A stretch of DNA of 24,168 nucleotides. It comes from an uncultured Muribaculaceae bacterium. GTDB lineage: Bacteria; Cyanobacteriota; Vampirovibrionia; Gastranaerophilales; Gastranaerophilaceae. Below, in pieces: positions 1 through 7,340 of the stretch. The translations under genes were made by a program, and so were the position numbers. The stretch lies in the NCBI GenBank assembly GCA_964542595.1, contig CAZIVG010000001.1, positions 1 to 24,168 on the forward strand, read 5' to 3'. Position 1 is the stretch's first letter. Every line of letters begins with the position of its first letter. The notes under the pieces were generated by a model. The model was not told the origin of the DNA. It saw only the letters and a list, made by a program, of their open reading frames with translations, and searched no databases.

Positions 1-461
1 AAGGTTTCTGTTTTTTTATCCTTTACAATCGCCGCAAGATAGTTGTTGAGATTGGATTTCAAAAGATTCGATTCTGTCAAAGTTCCGGCTGTTATTGTCT
101 TCACAATATCTCTTTTAACGAGACCTTTTGCTGCAGCAGGATCCTCAAGCTGTTCACAGATTGAAATCTTGTGGCCCCTTTCGAGAAGTTTCGGTAAATA
201 ATTGTCTATCGCTTTCGCAGGAATCCCTGCCATCGGAATACGCCCAAGATTCCCTCCCTCACGGCTAGTCAGAGTAATCTCCAAATCTCTTGATAAAACA
301 ATTGCATCCTCAAAGAATGTCTCATAAAAGTCACCCATGCGATAAAGCAAAAGAACATCGAGGTTGTTCTTTTTTATTTCAAGAAATTGCTTCAACATCG
401 GTGTGGCATCGTTCACATCAACGTCAATGCTGTTTATAAAATTAATTTCCGATTTTGTCAT
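1..461 (-). CDS. mutS: DNA mismatch repair protein MutS, N-terminal part (runs off the left edge)
   Basis: Manual translation from ATG at 461 (GGGGG SD-like upstream): MTKSEINF...DATPMLKQFLEIKKNNLDVLLLYRMGDFYETFFEDA...RIPMAGIP...ICEQLEDPAAAKGLVKRDIVKTITAGT, the MutS domain I signature. Not in the ORF track because it has no stop in the window. Confidence 0.95.
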   Translation of the reverse strand, partial: MTKSEINFINSIDVDVNDATPMLKQFLEIKKNNLDVLLLYRMGDFYETFFEDAIVLSRDLEITLTSREGGNLGRIPMAGIPAKAIDNYLPKLLERGHKISICEQLEDPAAAKGLVKRDIVKTITAGTLTESNLLKSNLNNYLAAIVKDKKTET

Positions 462-541
462 ACTCAACCCCCGTATATACAAGAAATTTACTATAAAATA
501 CCATGTTTTTCAATTGTGTAAATAAATTTGTAAAAGTCATG

Positions 542-570
542 TTGACAACAGTTCATGTCTTAGATATATT
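542..570 (+). promoter_or_regulatory. sigma70-type promoter of tRNA-Glu
   Basis: TTGACA (542-547), 17 bp, TATATT (565-570), 18 bp before the tRNA. Confidence 0.7.
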
Positions 571-588
571 ATTTTTACTAACCGATAG

Positions 589-664
589 GCTCCCATCGTC
601 TAGAGGCCTAGGACACCTCCCTTTCACGGAGGCGACGGGGATTCGAATTCCCCTGGGAGTACCA
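589..664 (+). tRNA. tRNA-Glu, anticodon UUC, CCA encoded
   Basis: Acceptor GCTCCCA/TGGGAGT, anticodon arm CCTCC-CTTTCAC-GGAGG, T arm GGGGA-TTCGAAT-TCCCC, 3' ACCA. Confidence 0.97.
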
Positions 665-669
665 TTTTT

Positions 670-695
670 AAAAGAGCCATAACGGCTCTTTTTTT
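670..695 (+). terminator. Intrinsic terminator after tRNA-Glu
   Basis: AAAGAGCC-ATAAC-GGCTCTTT hairpin running into a T tract. Confidence 0.8.
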
Positions 696-842
696 GTTGC
701 GTTCAAAAAGCAATGTTAACGATTCCACTGCAAGATTACAGCCTTAATTTTTATTAAGACAAACAAAAAATAAAGCTTTGTAAAAAACCCCAAAATATGC
801 GAAAATAAATCTCATAAGCAATAATACTGAGGAGAATTTAAA

Positions 843-1991
843 ATGCAAGATAAAACTTTTTTAATGATACCGGGACCCACACCTGTACCGGAAAGCGTAC
901 TTTTGGCAATGGCAAAACATCCGATAGGCCACAGAAGCGGTGAGTTTTCAAAAATTCTTGAAGAAACTTATGCTGACTTGAAATGGCTTTTCCAAACTGA
1001 AAATGACGTTTTCATATACACTTCAAGCGGAACAGGCGCGATGGAAGGCGCATTGTCTAACCTGATAAACCCCGGGGACAAAGTTTTGTCACTCGTAATA
1101 GGCAACTTCGGCTCACGTTGGGCAAAAATCGCATCAGGACTCGGAGCAGAAGTCGATAAAATCGAAGTCGCACCCGGAAAAGCAATCTCTCCTGCTGACT
1201 TAAAAGCAAAACTTGACGCAGACGTGAACAAAGAAATTAAAATCGTCACTTTAACTCATAACGAAACAGCAACAGGGGTTACCAACCCGCTCAAAGAACT
1301 CGTGGCGCTAATCAAAGAACACGGTGCAGTTTCAGTTGTTGACGGCGTAACCTCCATCGGTGCATTGGAATGCAAAATGGATGAATGGGGCATCGACGTC
1401 CTCGTTTCAGGCTCACAAAAAGGTTTCATGATCCCTCCGGGACTGGCTTTCCTTGCTGCCAGCGAAAAAGCATTCGAAATGCACAAACAGTGCAAACACC
1501 CGAGTTTTTACTTCAACTGGACAGCTTACAAAAAATCTGTCAAAGAGAATTCAACACCCTACACACCGGCTGTCAACCTGATTGTGGCACTGAATGAAGC
1601 GTTAAAAATTATGAAAAAAGACGGACTTGAAAAAATCACTCAAAGCCACAAAAAACACGCAATCGCCCTTCGTGCAGGCATTAGAGCAATCGGCTTGGAA
1701 CTGTTTGTTGAAAATGACGCAATCGCTTCTCATGCAATCACATCAATCCTTCCACCTGATGGAGTAAGCGTTCCTGATATCAGAAGTACAATCAAAAAAG
1801 ACTTTGATATCGTTGTGGCAAATGGTCAAAACGACCTCAAAGACAAGATTTTCAGAATGGGTACGCTCGGATTCGTCTGTGACAGAGACGTAATCGCTTC
1901 AGTAGGCTCACTTGAAGCAACGTTGCACAAACTCGGACACAAGTTCGAACTCGGCGCAGGGGTCAAAGCGGTAATCGAGAATCTGGCCTAA
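843..1991 (+). CDS. Class V PLP aminotransferase (alanine-glyoxylate/serine-pyruvate family; possibly phosphoserine aminotransferase-like)
   Basis: LMIPGPTPVP, HRSGEF, SGTGAMEG, HNETATGV, VDGVTS, PLP-lysine motif SGSQKG; GAGGAG SD. Confidence 0.9.
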   Translation: MQDKTFLMIPGPTPVPESVLLAMAKHPIGHRSGEFSKILEETYADLKWLFQTENDVFIYTSSGTGAMEGALSNLINPGDKVLSLVIGNFGSRWAKIASGLGAEVDKIEVAPGKAISPADLKAKLDADVNKEIKIVTLTHNETATGVTNPLKELVALIKEHGAVSVVDGVTSIGALECKMDEWGIDVLVSGSQKGFMIPPGLAFLAASEKAFEMHKQCKHPSFYFNWTAYKKSVKENSTPYTPAVNLIVALNEALKIMKKDGLEKITQSHKKHAIALRAGIRAIGLELFVENDAIASHAITSILPPDGVSVPDIRSTIKKDFDIVVANGQNDLKDKIFRMGTLGFVCDRDVIASVGSLEATLHKLGHKFELGAGVKAVIENLA

Positions 1992-2323
1992 CCCTTATAC
2001 CAAGGCTTGAAGCCGTCGATTCGAGAAAATAAATTTTCATAATCACCATCAAAGTTTATGCACCTGTCATCAACAAACAGCCAGCAGACTTCTTTGGTGT
2101 TGGTTATGTCTGCTATGAAAGCCTCAAGGCCGCTTTCGATAAGCCATTTTGAAGCTAAGATTTTATTTCTTGTAGTAAAAATTTTCACTTCATAATTCGT
2201 TGCTAATTTTTGTATAAACTCAAATGCACCCTCTTTTAAAGGAGGAATAAAGTCAGGTTTAAAGCCTCCGTTATAGGTATTTAGGACACCGTCTAAATCT
2301 ATTAAAATAGTTTTTTTATACAT
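1988..2323 (-). CDS. Small capless HAD-superfamily phosphatase (111 aa)
   Basis: Motif I DLDGVL, motif II TTR, Lys in TNTKE, motif IV VDDR; GAGGG SD. Confidence 0.75.
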   Translation of the reverse strand: MYKKTILIDLDGVLNTYNGGFKPDFIPPLKEGAFEFIQKLATNYEVKIFTTRNKILASKWLIESGLEAFIADITNTKEVCWLFVDDRCINFDGDYENLFSRIDGFKPWYKG

Positions 2324-2380
2324 TGCCCGCCCTCATTGCACAACTAATAACTATTATAACACAACCTATCGTGCAATTCA

Positions 2381-2412
2381 ATTCATAAGTCAATATTTAT
2401 ATACTTATAAGT
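2381..2412. promoter_or_regulatory. Candidate operator pair for the XRE regulator
   Basis: ATTCATAAGT (2381-2390) and the perfect palindrome ACTTATAAGT (2403-2412), 22 bp apart, directly before the XRE ATG. Confidence 0.4.
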
Positions 2413-2413
2413 T

Positions 2414-2635
2414 ATGAACACAAAAGAATTATTGAAAAAGTTCGGCAAAAACGTAAAAATTGAACGAGTCAGAAAAGACCTGACCCAAGACCAACTCGCT
2501 GAAATAATGGACGTTTCACAAAACTATGTTTCGAAAATAGAAAGCGGACTGCAAAACATGTCCCTCGGCAAAGTTCTTGAACTATCCGAATACTTGGACG
2601 TCGACATCGAAACCCTTCTAAACTTCAAATCTTAA
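2414..2635 (+). CDS. XRE-family helix-turn-helix regulator (73 aa, controller-protein-like)
   Basis: FGKNVKIER..KDLTQDQLAEIMDVSQNYVSKIESG..NMSL, HTH_3 pattern; no SD. Confidence 0.88.
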   Translation: MNTKELLKKFGKNVKIERVRKDLTQDQLAEIMDVSQNYVSKIESGLQNMSLGKVLELSEYLDVDIETLLNFKS

Positions 2636-3709
2636 AGCCTCAAAAACCTGTTCCTTTGTGACATCAGAAAAAATCTCAACTTCATAAGTGCTAACGGGCA
2701 GAATAAAGCGAACTTTCCCGTTTTCTGCTTTTTTGTCTAAAAACATCTCGCCATAAAACTCTTCCACATCAAAATTAATTGAGGAAGGTGTAATTTCATA
2801 ATCCTTAATCAGTCCGACTGCCTCGTCATAGTAAGATTTTTCAACTAAGCCTTTTAACAAACCCAGCTTCAAAGCCATTTTCATCCCCATCGCAACCGCT
2901 TCACCATGAGTGTAAACAGTGTAATTCGTGAGATTTTCGATCGCATGTGCAAACGTATGCCCAAAATTCAAAATCGCCCTCAAGCCTTTCTCTGTCTCAT
3001 CTTGATTTACCACTGCCGCTTTTAATTTGCAGCAAATGTTAATTAATTCAGACAAAATTGCAGGGTCTTTGGCATAAATCGCTTCTTTATTTCTCTTCAA
3101 AAACTCAAAAAAACCGTAATCTTTCGCACAACAAGTCTTTTCGATAAAAGCATATTTCAAAACCTCGGCCAAGCCCGTCTTCAACTGCCTTAAATCAAGT
3201 GTATTAAGCGTTTCTGTGTCAGCCAAAACCAATTTCGGCTGATAAAATGCACCGATTAAGTTTTTTCCATGCCGATGATTAATCGCAACCTTGCCACCGA
3301 CCGAAGAATCAACCTGCGCAAGAAGTGTTGTCGGAACCTGTACAAAATCGCACCCTCGCATGTAACTTGCTGCCGCAAACCCTGCCATATCACCGATTAC
3401 CCCGCCACCAAATGCGACAATGCAATCCTTTCTTTCGAGTTTGCTCTCAACAGCAGCATCCAAAATCTTTTTCAGATTTTCGAAGTTCTTAAACTCCTCT
3501 CCGTCAGGCAAAACCACCCAATTCAAATTATTGAGGAAGAATTTGTCTTTGTAAATCCCAAAAACTGTTTCGTTCGTAACCACAAGAAATTTATTCGCTT
3601 TCGTATATTTTCGAATCAACGAATCAGCTTTTTCCAAAAGCCTCTCGCCAATCAAGATTTCGTAAGCATAAGCGGCTTTCGCCGGAATTTCAACTTTCAA
3701 CTGATTCAT
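2618..3709 (-). CDS. aroB: 3-dehydroquinate synthase
   Basis: GGGVIGDMAGFAAASYMRG, PTTLLAQVDSSVGGKVAIN, KNLIGAFYQP, LNFGHTFAHAIE, HGEAVA. Confidence 0.97.
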   Translation of the reverse strand: MNQLKVEIPAKAAYAYEILIGERLLEKADSLIRKYTKANKFLVVTNETVFGIYKDKFFLNNLNWVVLPDGEEFKNFENLKKILDAAVESKLERKDCIVAFGGGVIGDMAGFAAASYMRGCDFVQVPTTLLAQVDSSVGGKVAINHRHGKNLIGAFYQPKLVLADTETLNTLDLRQLKTGLAEVLKYAFIEKTCCAKDYGFFEFLKRNKEAIYAKDPAILSELINICCKLKAAVVNQDETEKGLRAILNFGHTFAHAIENLTNYTVYTHGEAVAMGMKMALKLGLLKGLVEKSYYDEAVGLIKDYEITPSSINFDVEEFYGEMFLDKKAENGKVRFILPVSTYEVEIFSDVTKEQVFEALRFEV

Positions 3710-4214
3710 ATTTTTCGATTATCTCATTCACTATTTCTAACAATTCTCGTTTTTCGGTTTTAATTTCGAAATCCGCTTTTTTATACAACGGCTCTCTGTG
3801 TCTGACAAGTTCTTCCAGACTTTTTTGCGGATTTTCGTTTTGAAGAAGCGGACGGTGATTCGACGTCTTAACCCTTTCATAAAGAGATTTTACGCTGGCA
3901 CTCAGATAAAAAACGACCCCGTTTTGCTTTAAAAGTTCCATATTTCGATAAATCTCCACAACTCCGCCACCTGTAGAAATTACTTGGTTATGATAGTTCG
4001 AAAACTTTTGCACAATTTCAGTTTCCAGGTTCCGAAACCCTTCTTCTCCAAATAACGCAAAGATTTCCGGAATTGTCTTTTGGGCCTGCTTTTCAATTTC
4101 TCTATCCAAGTCAACATAAAAAAAGTCTTTCAACTTTTGATCAATGAGATGCCCGATAGTGCTTTTTCCTGCGCCCATCATGCCTATCAAAACTATGTTT
4201 TTACGGTTTTGCAT
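3690..4214 (-). CDS. aroK: Shikimate kinase
   Basis: Walker A GMMGAGKST, DLDREIE, GEEGFRNLE, STGGGVV, RPLL; between aroC and aroB. Confidence 0.95.
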   Translation of the reverse strand: MQNRKNIVLIGMMGAGKSTIGHLIDQKLKDFFYVDLDREIEKQAQKTIPEIFALFGEEGFRNLETEIVQKFSNYHNQVISTGGGVVEIYRNMELLKQNGVVFYLSASVKSLYERVKTSNHRPLLQNENPQKSLEELVRHREPLYKKADFEIKTEKRELLEIVNEIIEKYESVES

Positions 4215-5295
4215 AATTTTTCTTTATTTCCTCAAGACTGTCACCGCCAAATTTATCCAAAAAAGCATCAGCCAAAGTGATTGCCGCCATTGCCTCTCCG
4301 ACAATAGCGCAAGCTTCAACTGCAGATGTATCAGAACGCTCAAAATGTGCGTTATAAGGCTCTTTTGTCGCTATATCAACTGAATTTAAAGGTTTTTTCA
4401 TTGTCGGAATGGCTTTCATACAAACCTTTATAACCAAATCTTCGCCGTTCGTCATCCCGCCTTCGATTCCGCCCGCATTATTAGTTTTTCTGTAATATTC
4501 ACATTTTTCGGAATCATAAAAAATTTCATCATGTGTAACTGAACCGGCCATGCCTGCAACTGCACAACCCGCACCGATTTCTACAGCCTTGACAGCAGGA
4601 ATGCTCATAATCGCTTGCGCCAACTGACCGTCAAGACGCCTGTCCCAGTGAACAAAAGAACCCAAGCCAACGGGAAGATTTTTAAACACAATTGAAAAGC
4701 AACCGCCCAAAGTATCGCCTTCTTCTTTCGCCTTATCAATTGCCGCCTTGATTTCTTCTTCCGACTCAGCCCCTCCTACATTCAGCACCTTCGATTCAGC
4801 AAAGATATCGAATTCCTTTAAAAGACATTTTGCAACCCCTCCGACAGCAACACGCGCCGCAGTCTCTCTTGCACTCGAGCGTTCGAGGATGTTTCTCACA
4901 TCACCATGATTGTATTTTATCGCACCTGACAAATCAGCATGCCCGGGGCGAACTCTCGTGATTTTCTTAGCATTGATTGCCTCAACAACGTCAGGATCAG
5001 TCAAATCAACCGCTTCAACAGACATCGGCACTGTCCAGTTTGCCCAATCTTTGTTCTCGACTTCAAGACAAATCGGAGCGCCGGTGGTTTTCCCAAAACG
5101 CACACCGGACTTAATTAAGGCTTTGTCGGTTTCAATCTGCATTCGTCCGCCTCTGCCATACCCGCCTTGACGTCGTGCGAGTTCCGTGTCGATAAAACTT
5201 TTATCAATATCAATGCCTGCCGGCATTCCCTCAATTATCGCGTTCAGGCACATTCCGTGGGACTCGCCCGAGGTTAAAAATCTGAATTTATTCAT
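4201..5295 (-). CDS. aroC: Chorismate synthase
   Basis: TSGESHG, RRQGGYGRGGRM, RPGHAD, LERSSARETAARVA, NNAGGIEGGMTNG, ERSD. Confidence 0.97.
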   Translation of the reverse strand: MNKFRFLTSGESHGMCLNAIIEGMPAGIDIDKSFIDTELARRQGGYGRGGRMQIETDKALIKSGVRFGKTTGAPICLEVENKDWANWTVPMSVEAVDLTDPDVVEAINAKKITRVRPGHADLSGAIKYNHGDVRNILERSSARETAARVAVGGVAKCLLKEFDIFAESKVLNVGGAESEEEIKAAIDKAKEEGDTLGGCFSIVFKNLPVGLGSFVHWDRRLDGQLAQAIMSIPAVKAVEIGAGCAVAGMAGSVTHDEIFYDSEKCEYYRKTNNAGGIEGGMTNGEDLVIKVCMKAIPTMKKPLNSVDIATKEPYNAHFERSDTSAVEACAIVGEAMAAITLADAFLDKFGGDSLEEIKKNYAKP

Positions 5296-5327
5296 AATTT
5301 ACCCTAACTTCTATCATTTCTTCGCCT

Positions 5328-5357
5328 ATTATAGCGCATTTTATTAAAATTTGTTAA
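5328..5357 (-). promoter_or_regulatory. Candidate sigma70 promoter of aroC-aroK-aroB
   Basis: Minus strand TTAACA (5357-5352), 18 bp, TATAAT (5333-5328). Confidence 0.5.
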
Positions 5358-5366
5358 CATAAAAAC

Positions 5367-5395
5367 TTGCAAATAAACCATGTTTTACCTATATT
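5367..5395 (+). promoter_or_regulatory. Candidate sigma70 promoter of rplJL
   Basis: TTGCAA (5367-5372), 17 bp, TATATT (5390-5395), just before the L10 leader. Confidence 0.6.
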
Positions 5396-5404
5396 AACAA
5401 TACG

Positions 5405-5490
5405 AACCGCAGACAACAGGTTGCTGAAGGGACTTTAAGAATTAAAGTACATCAGAAGCATTAAAGATAAGACGCCTGTCGAGGATCAGA
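5405..5490 (+). ncRNA. Ribosomal protein L10 leader (autoregulatory cis element)
   Basis: AGACAACAGG...TTAAAG...CCTGTCGAGG, the typical L10-leader frame; ACAGG 5416-5420 pairs with CCTGT 5475-5479; inner hairpin ACTTTAA-GAA-TTAAAGT 5432-5448; upstream of rplJ. Boundaries approximate. Confidence 0.75.
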
Positions 5491-5576
5491 AAACTGCCAT
5501 AGGGCGGGGTGATGTAAGTAAATGCAAAACCCAACAAAAGTTCGATTGCAGGATAACATTTATAAAGGATGTTCTG

Positions 5577-5610
5577 ATGATTTTGCGGTTATATGCAAAG
5601 TCATTTTTGT
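5577..5610 (+). terminator. Probable attenuator terminator in the rplJ leader
   Basis: 10-bp stem ATGATTTTGC/GCAAAGTCAT (one G-U), 8-nt loop, followed by TTTTGT, 50 nt before the rplJ ATG. Confidence 0.5.
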
Positions 5611-5660
5611 ATGTAAAAAAGAAAATTAGGTCGATTAAAAATAAAAACAAAGGAGAAATC

Positions 5661-6182
5661 ATGGCAACAAAAGCCTTTAAAGAACAAAAAATCGCGCACA
5701 TCAAAGAAAATGCGCAAAAGGCTAAAGTAGCGATTGTAACTAATTACAAAGGTTTGTCTGTTGAAGAGATCACTATCCTTAGACGTGAACTTCAAAAAGC
5801 AGGAGCTGATTACACGGTTACAAAAAATACCTTGGCTAAAATAGCTATGAAAGGAACTGATTTTGAAGTTCTTGCTGATTCTATGAAAGAATCAACAGCT
5901 ATCGCTTTCGGTTTCGATGATGAAGTTTCTGCAGCAAAAATCGTTGCAAAATTCATCAAAGAAAAGAAAAAAGGCGAAGTATTCTGCGGCGCGTTAGACG
6001 GTCAATTGCTTAACGCAGCACAAGTTGCAGAACTCGCTAACACACCTACAAAAGAAGAACTTTACGCAAAAATGCTTGGCTGCGTAAATTCACCTGCAAC
6101 AGGTATCGTAGGTTCTATGAACGCTGTAATGAGCAGCCTCGTAAGAGCTATCGACGCTGTGGCGAAAAAGAAATCCGCTTAG
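5661..6182 (+). CDS. rplJ: 50S ribosomal protein L10 (173 aa)
   Basis: YKGLSVEEITILRREL, KNTLAKIA, LANTPTKEELYAKMLG; start set at ATG 5661 after AAGGAG, not at the ORF-track start 5577. Confidence 0.97.
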   Translation: MATKAFKEQKIAHIKENAQKAKVAIVTNYKGLSVEEITILRRELQKAGADYTVTKNTLAKIAMKGTDFEVLADSMKESTAIAFGFDDEVSAAKIVAKFIKEKKKGEVFCGALDGQLLNAAQVAELANTPTKEELYAKMLGCVNSPATGIVGSMNAVMSSLVRAIDAVAKKKSA

Positions 6183-6232
6183 TCGGTTAAAAGTACAAAT
6201 TACAACTCAAAATGAAATAAAGGAGAAAAATC

Positions 6233-6607
6233 ATGAGTAACGTAGAAACTATTTTAGAATCAATTGAAAAATTAACTTTGTTGGAAGCTGCTGAATTGGT
6301 AAAAGCAATGGAAGAAAAATTCGGCGTGTCTGCTGCTGCTCCTGTAGCTGTAGCTGCTGCTGCTGCTCCCGCTGCTGCTGCTGAAGAAGAAGGTTCTTCT
6401 GAAGTTAACGTAATGTTGATGTCTGCAGGCGCTAACAAAATCGCTGTATTGAAAGAAGTTAGAGCTATTACAGGCCTTGGCTTGAAAGAAGCTAAAGATT
6501 TGGTAGATGCTGCTCCTAAAGCAGTTAAAGAAGGCATCAAAAAAGAAGATGCTGAAGCTATCAAAAAACAACTTGAAGAAGCTGGCGCTACAGTAGAAAT
6601 TAAGTAG
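6233..6607 (+). CDS. rplL: 50S ribosomal protein L7/L12
   Basis: [58 protein letters not shown]; AAGGAG SD. Confidence 0.98.
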   Translation: MSNVETILESIEKLTLLEAAELVKAMEEKFGVSAAAPVAVAAAAAPAAAAEEEGSSEVNVMLMSAGANKIAVLKEVRAITGLGLKEAKDLVDAAPKAVKEGIKKEDAEAIKKQLEEAGATVEIK

Positions 6608-6620
6608 TTTTTAAACTTTC

Positions 6621-6654
6621 AAAAAGGCTCGTTATTCAGATAACGAGCTTTTTT
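6621..6654 (+). terminator. Intrinsic terminator of rplJL
   Basis: GCTCGTTAT-TCAG-ATAACGAGC 9-bp stem with a T run after and an A run before. Confidence 0.85.
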
Positions 6655-6673
6655 ATTGCTTATTTGAACACCT

Positions 6674-6701
6674 TTGACAAATTGGCATTTTCTTTTATAA
6701 T
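6674..6701 (+). promoter_or_regulatory. Consensus sigma70 promoter of the STAS-STAS-phosphatase operon
   Basis: TTGACA (6674-6679), 16 bp, TATAAT (6696-6701); GGAG SD before ATG 6727. Confidence 0.7.
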
Positions 6702-6726
6702 GTACAATAAGCATGATGGAGTGTTT

Positions 6727-7029
6727 ATGCAAATAAAAAAAGAAAAGTCTGAATCTCGTTTGATTGTTTATCCTGAGGAACGTTTGGATACTGAAACTTC
6801 TATCGATTTTGGCGTTCAGGTAAAAGATGATTTAGACGGCATAACAGAATTAGTAATTGATTTTAAAAAAGTTGTATATGTATCCAGCATAGGTTTAAGG
6901 GTTATTTTAGAGCTTCGTAAACAAATGAACCAACAAGGGACAATGAAGCTAAAAAATGTGTGTAAAGATGTTTTTGCAATATTTGAGATGACCGGGTTTA
7001 CGAATATTTTGGATATAGAAGAGTTATGA
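6727..7029 (+). CDS. STAS-domain anti-sigma-factor antagonist 1 (100 aa)
   Basis: RLDTETS, LVIDFKKVVYVSSIGLRVIL, IFEMTGFTNILDI; phospho-acceptor Ser in YVSSIG. Start moved from TTG 6664 to ATG 6727. Confidence 0.88.
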   Translation: MQIKKEKSESRLIVYPEERLDTETSIDFGVQVKDDLDGITELVIDFKKVVYVSSIGLRVILELRKQMNQQGTMKLKNVCKDVFAIFEMTGFTNILDIEEL

Positions 7030-7340
7030 AAATAGAAAAAACGGTTGAGTTTGGCGTTATTTCAATCAAGTTGGATGGAAAAATTGATATTTCTACAGTT
7101 TGTGATATCGAAGAAGTGATAATGCCTGAGATTAGTGTTTTATTTAAAGAATTAATACTTGATTTTCAAAAAGTGGATATTATTTATAGTTGTGGACTTA
7201 GAATGCTTTTAAAGCTTCAGAAAAAAATGCCGAAAGGGAATAATATCAAAATTCTTAACCCCTCAAAAGAAGTTGTGGATGTTTTTAAAATAGCAGGTTT
7301 TGATAATATATTGGATATTGTGAATGTGGAAAACAATTAA
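7026..7340 (+). CDS. STAS-domain anti-sigma-factor antagonist 2 (104 aa)
   Basis: LDGKID, LILDFQKVDIIYSCGLRMLL, VFKIAGFDNIL; ATGA overlap with STAS 1. Confidence 0.85.
   Translation: MKIEKTVEFGVISIKLDGKIDISTVCDIEEVIMPEISVLFKELILDFQKVDIIYSCGLRMLLKLQKKMPKGNNIKILNPSKEVVDVFKIAGFDNILDIVNVENN

Noticed and set aside
589-700. tRNA-Glu as an integration site
   Set aside because: No repeat of the tRNA 3' end and no integrase seen in the window; a terminator and a core gene follow.
5501-5512. AGGGCGGGGTGA matches the start of the FMN riboswitch
   Set aside because: The rest of the FMN consensus is missing and the downstream gene is rplJ.
5574-5604. CTGATGA followed by a hairpin, like a hammerhead core
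   Set aside because: No GAAA after the stem and no stems I/III; the ATGA is part of the terminator stem.
5577-5660. ORF-track N-terminal extensions (rplJ 5577, STAS1 6664, helicase 13745, kdsA 19780, comF 23134)
   Set aside because: They run through leaders, promoters or upstream genes; downstream ATGs with an SD or coupling fit the family lengths better.
6328-6385. GCT-rich tandem repeat
   Set aside because: It encodes the normal Ala-rich hinge of L7/L12.
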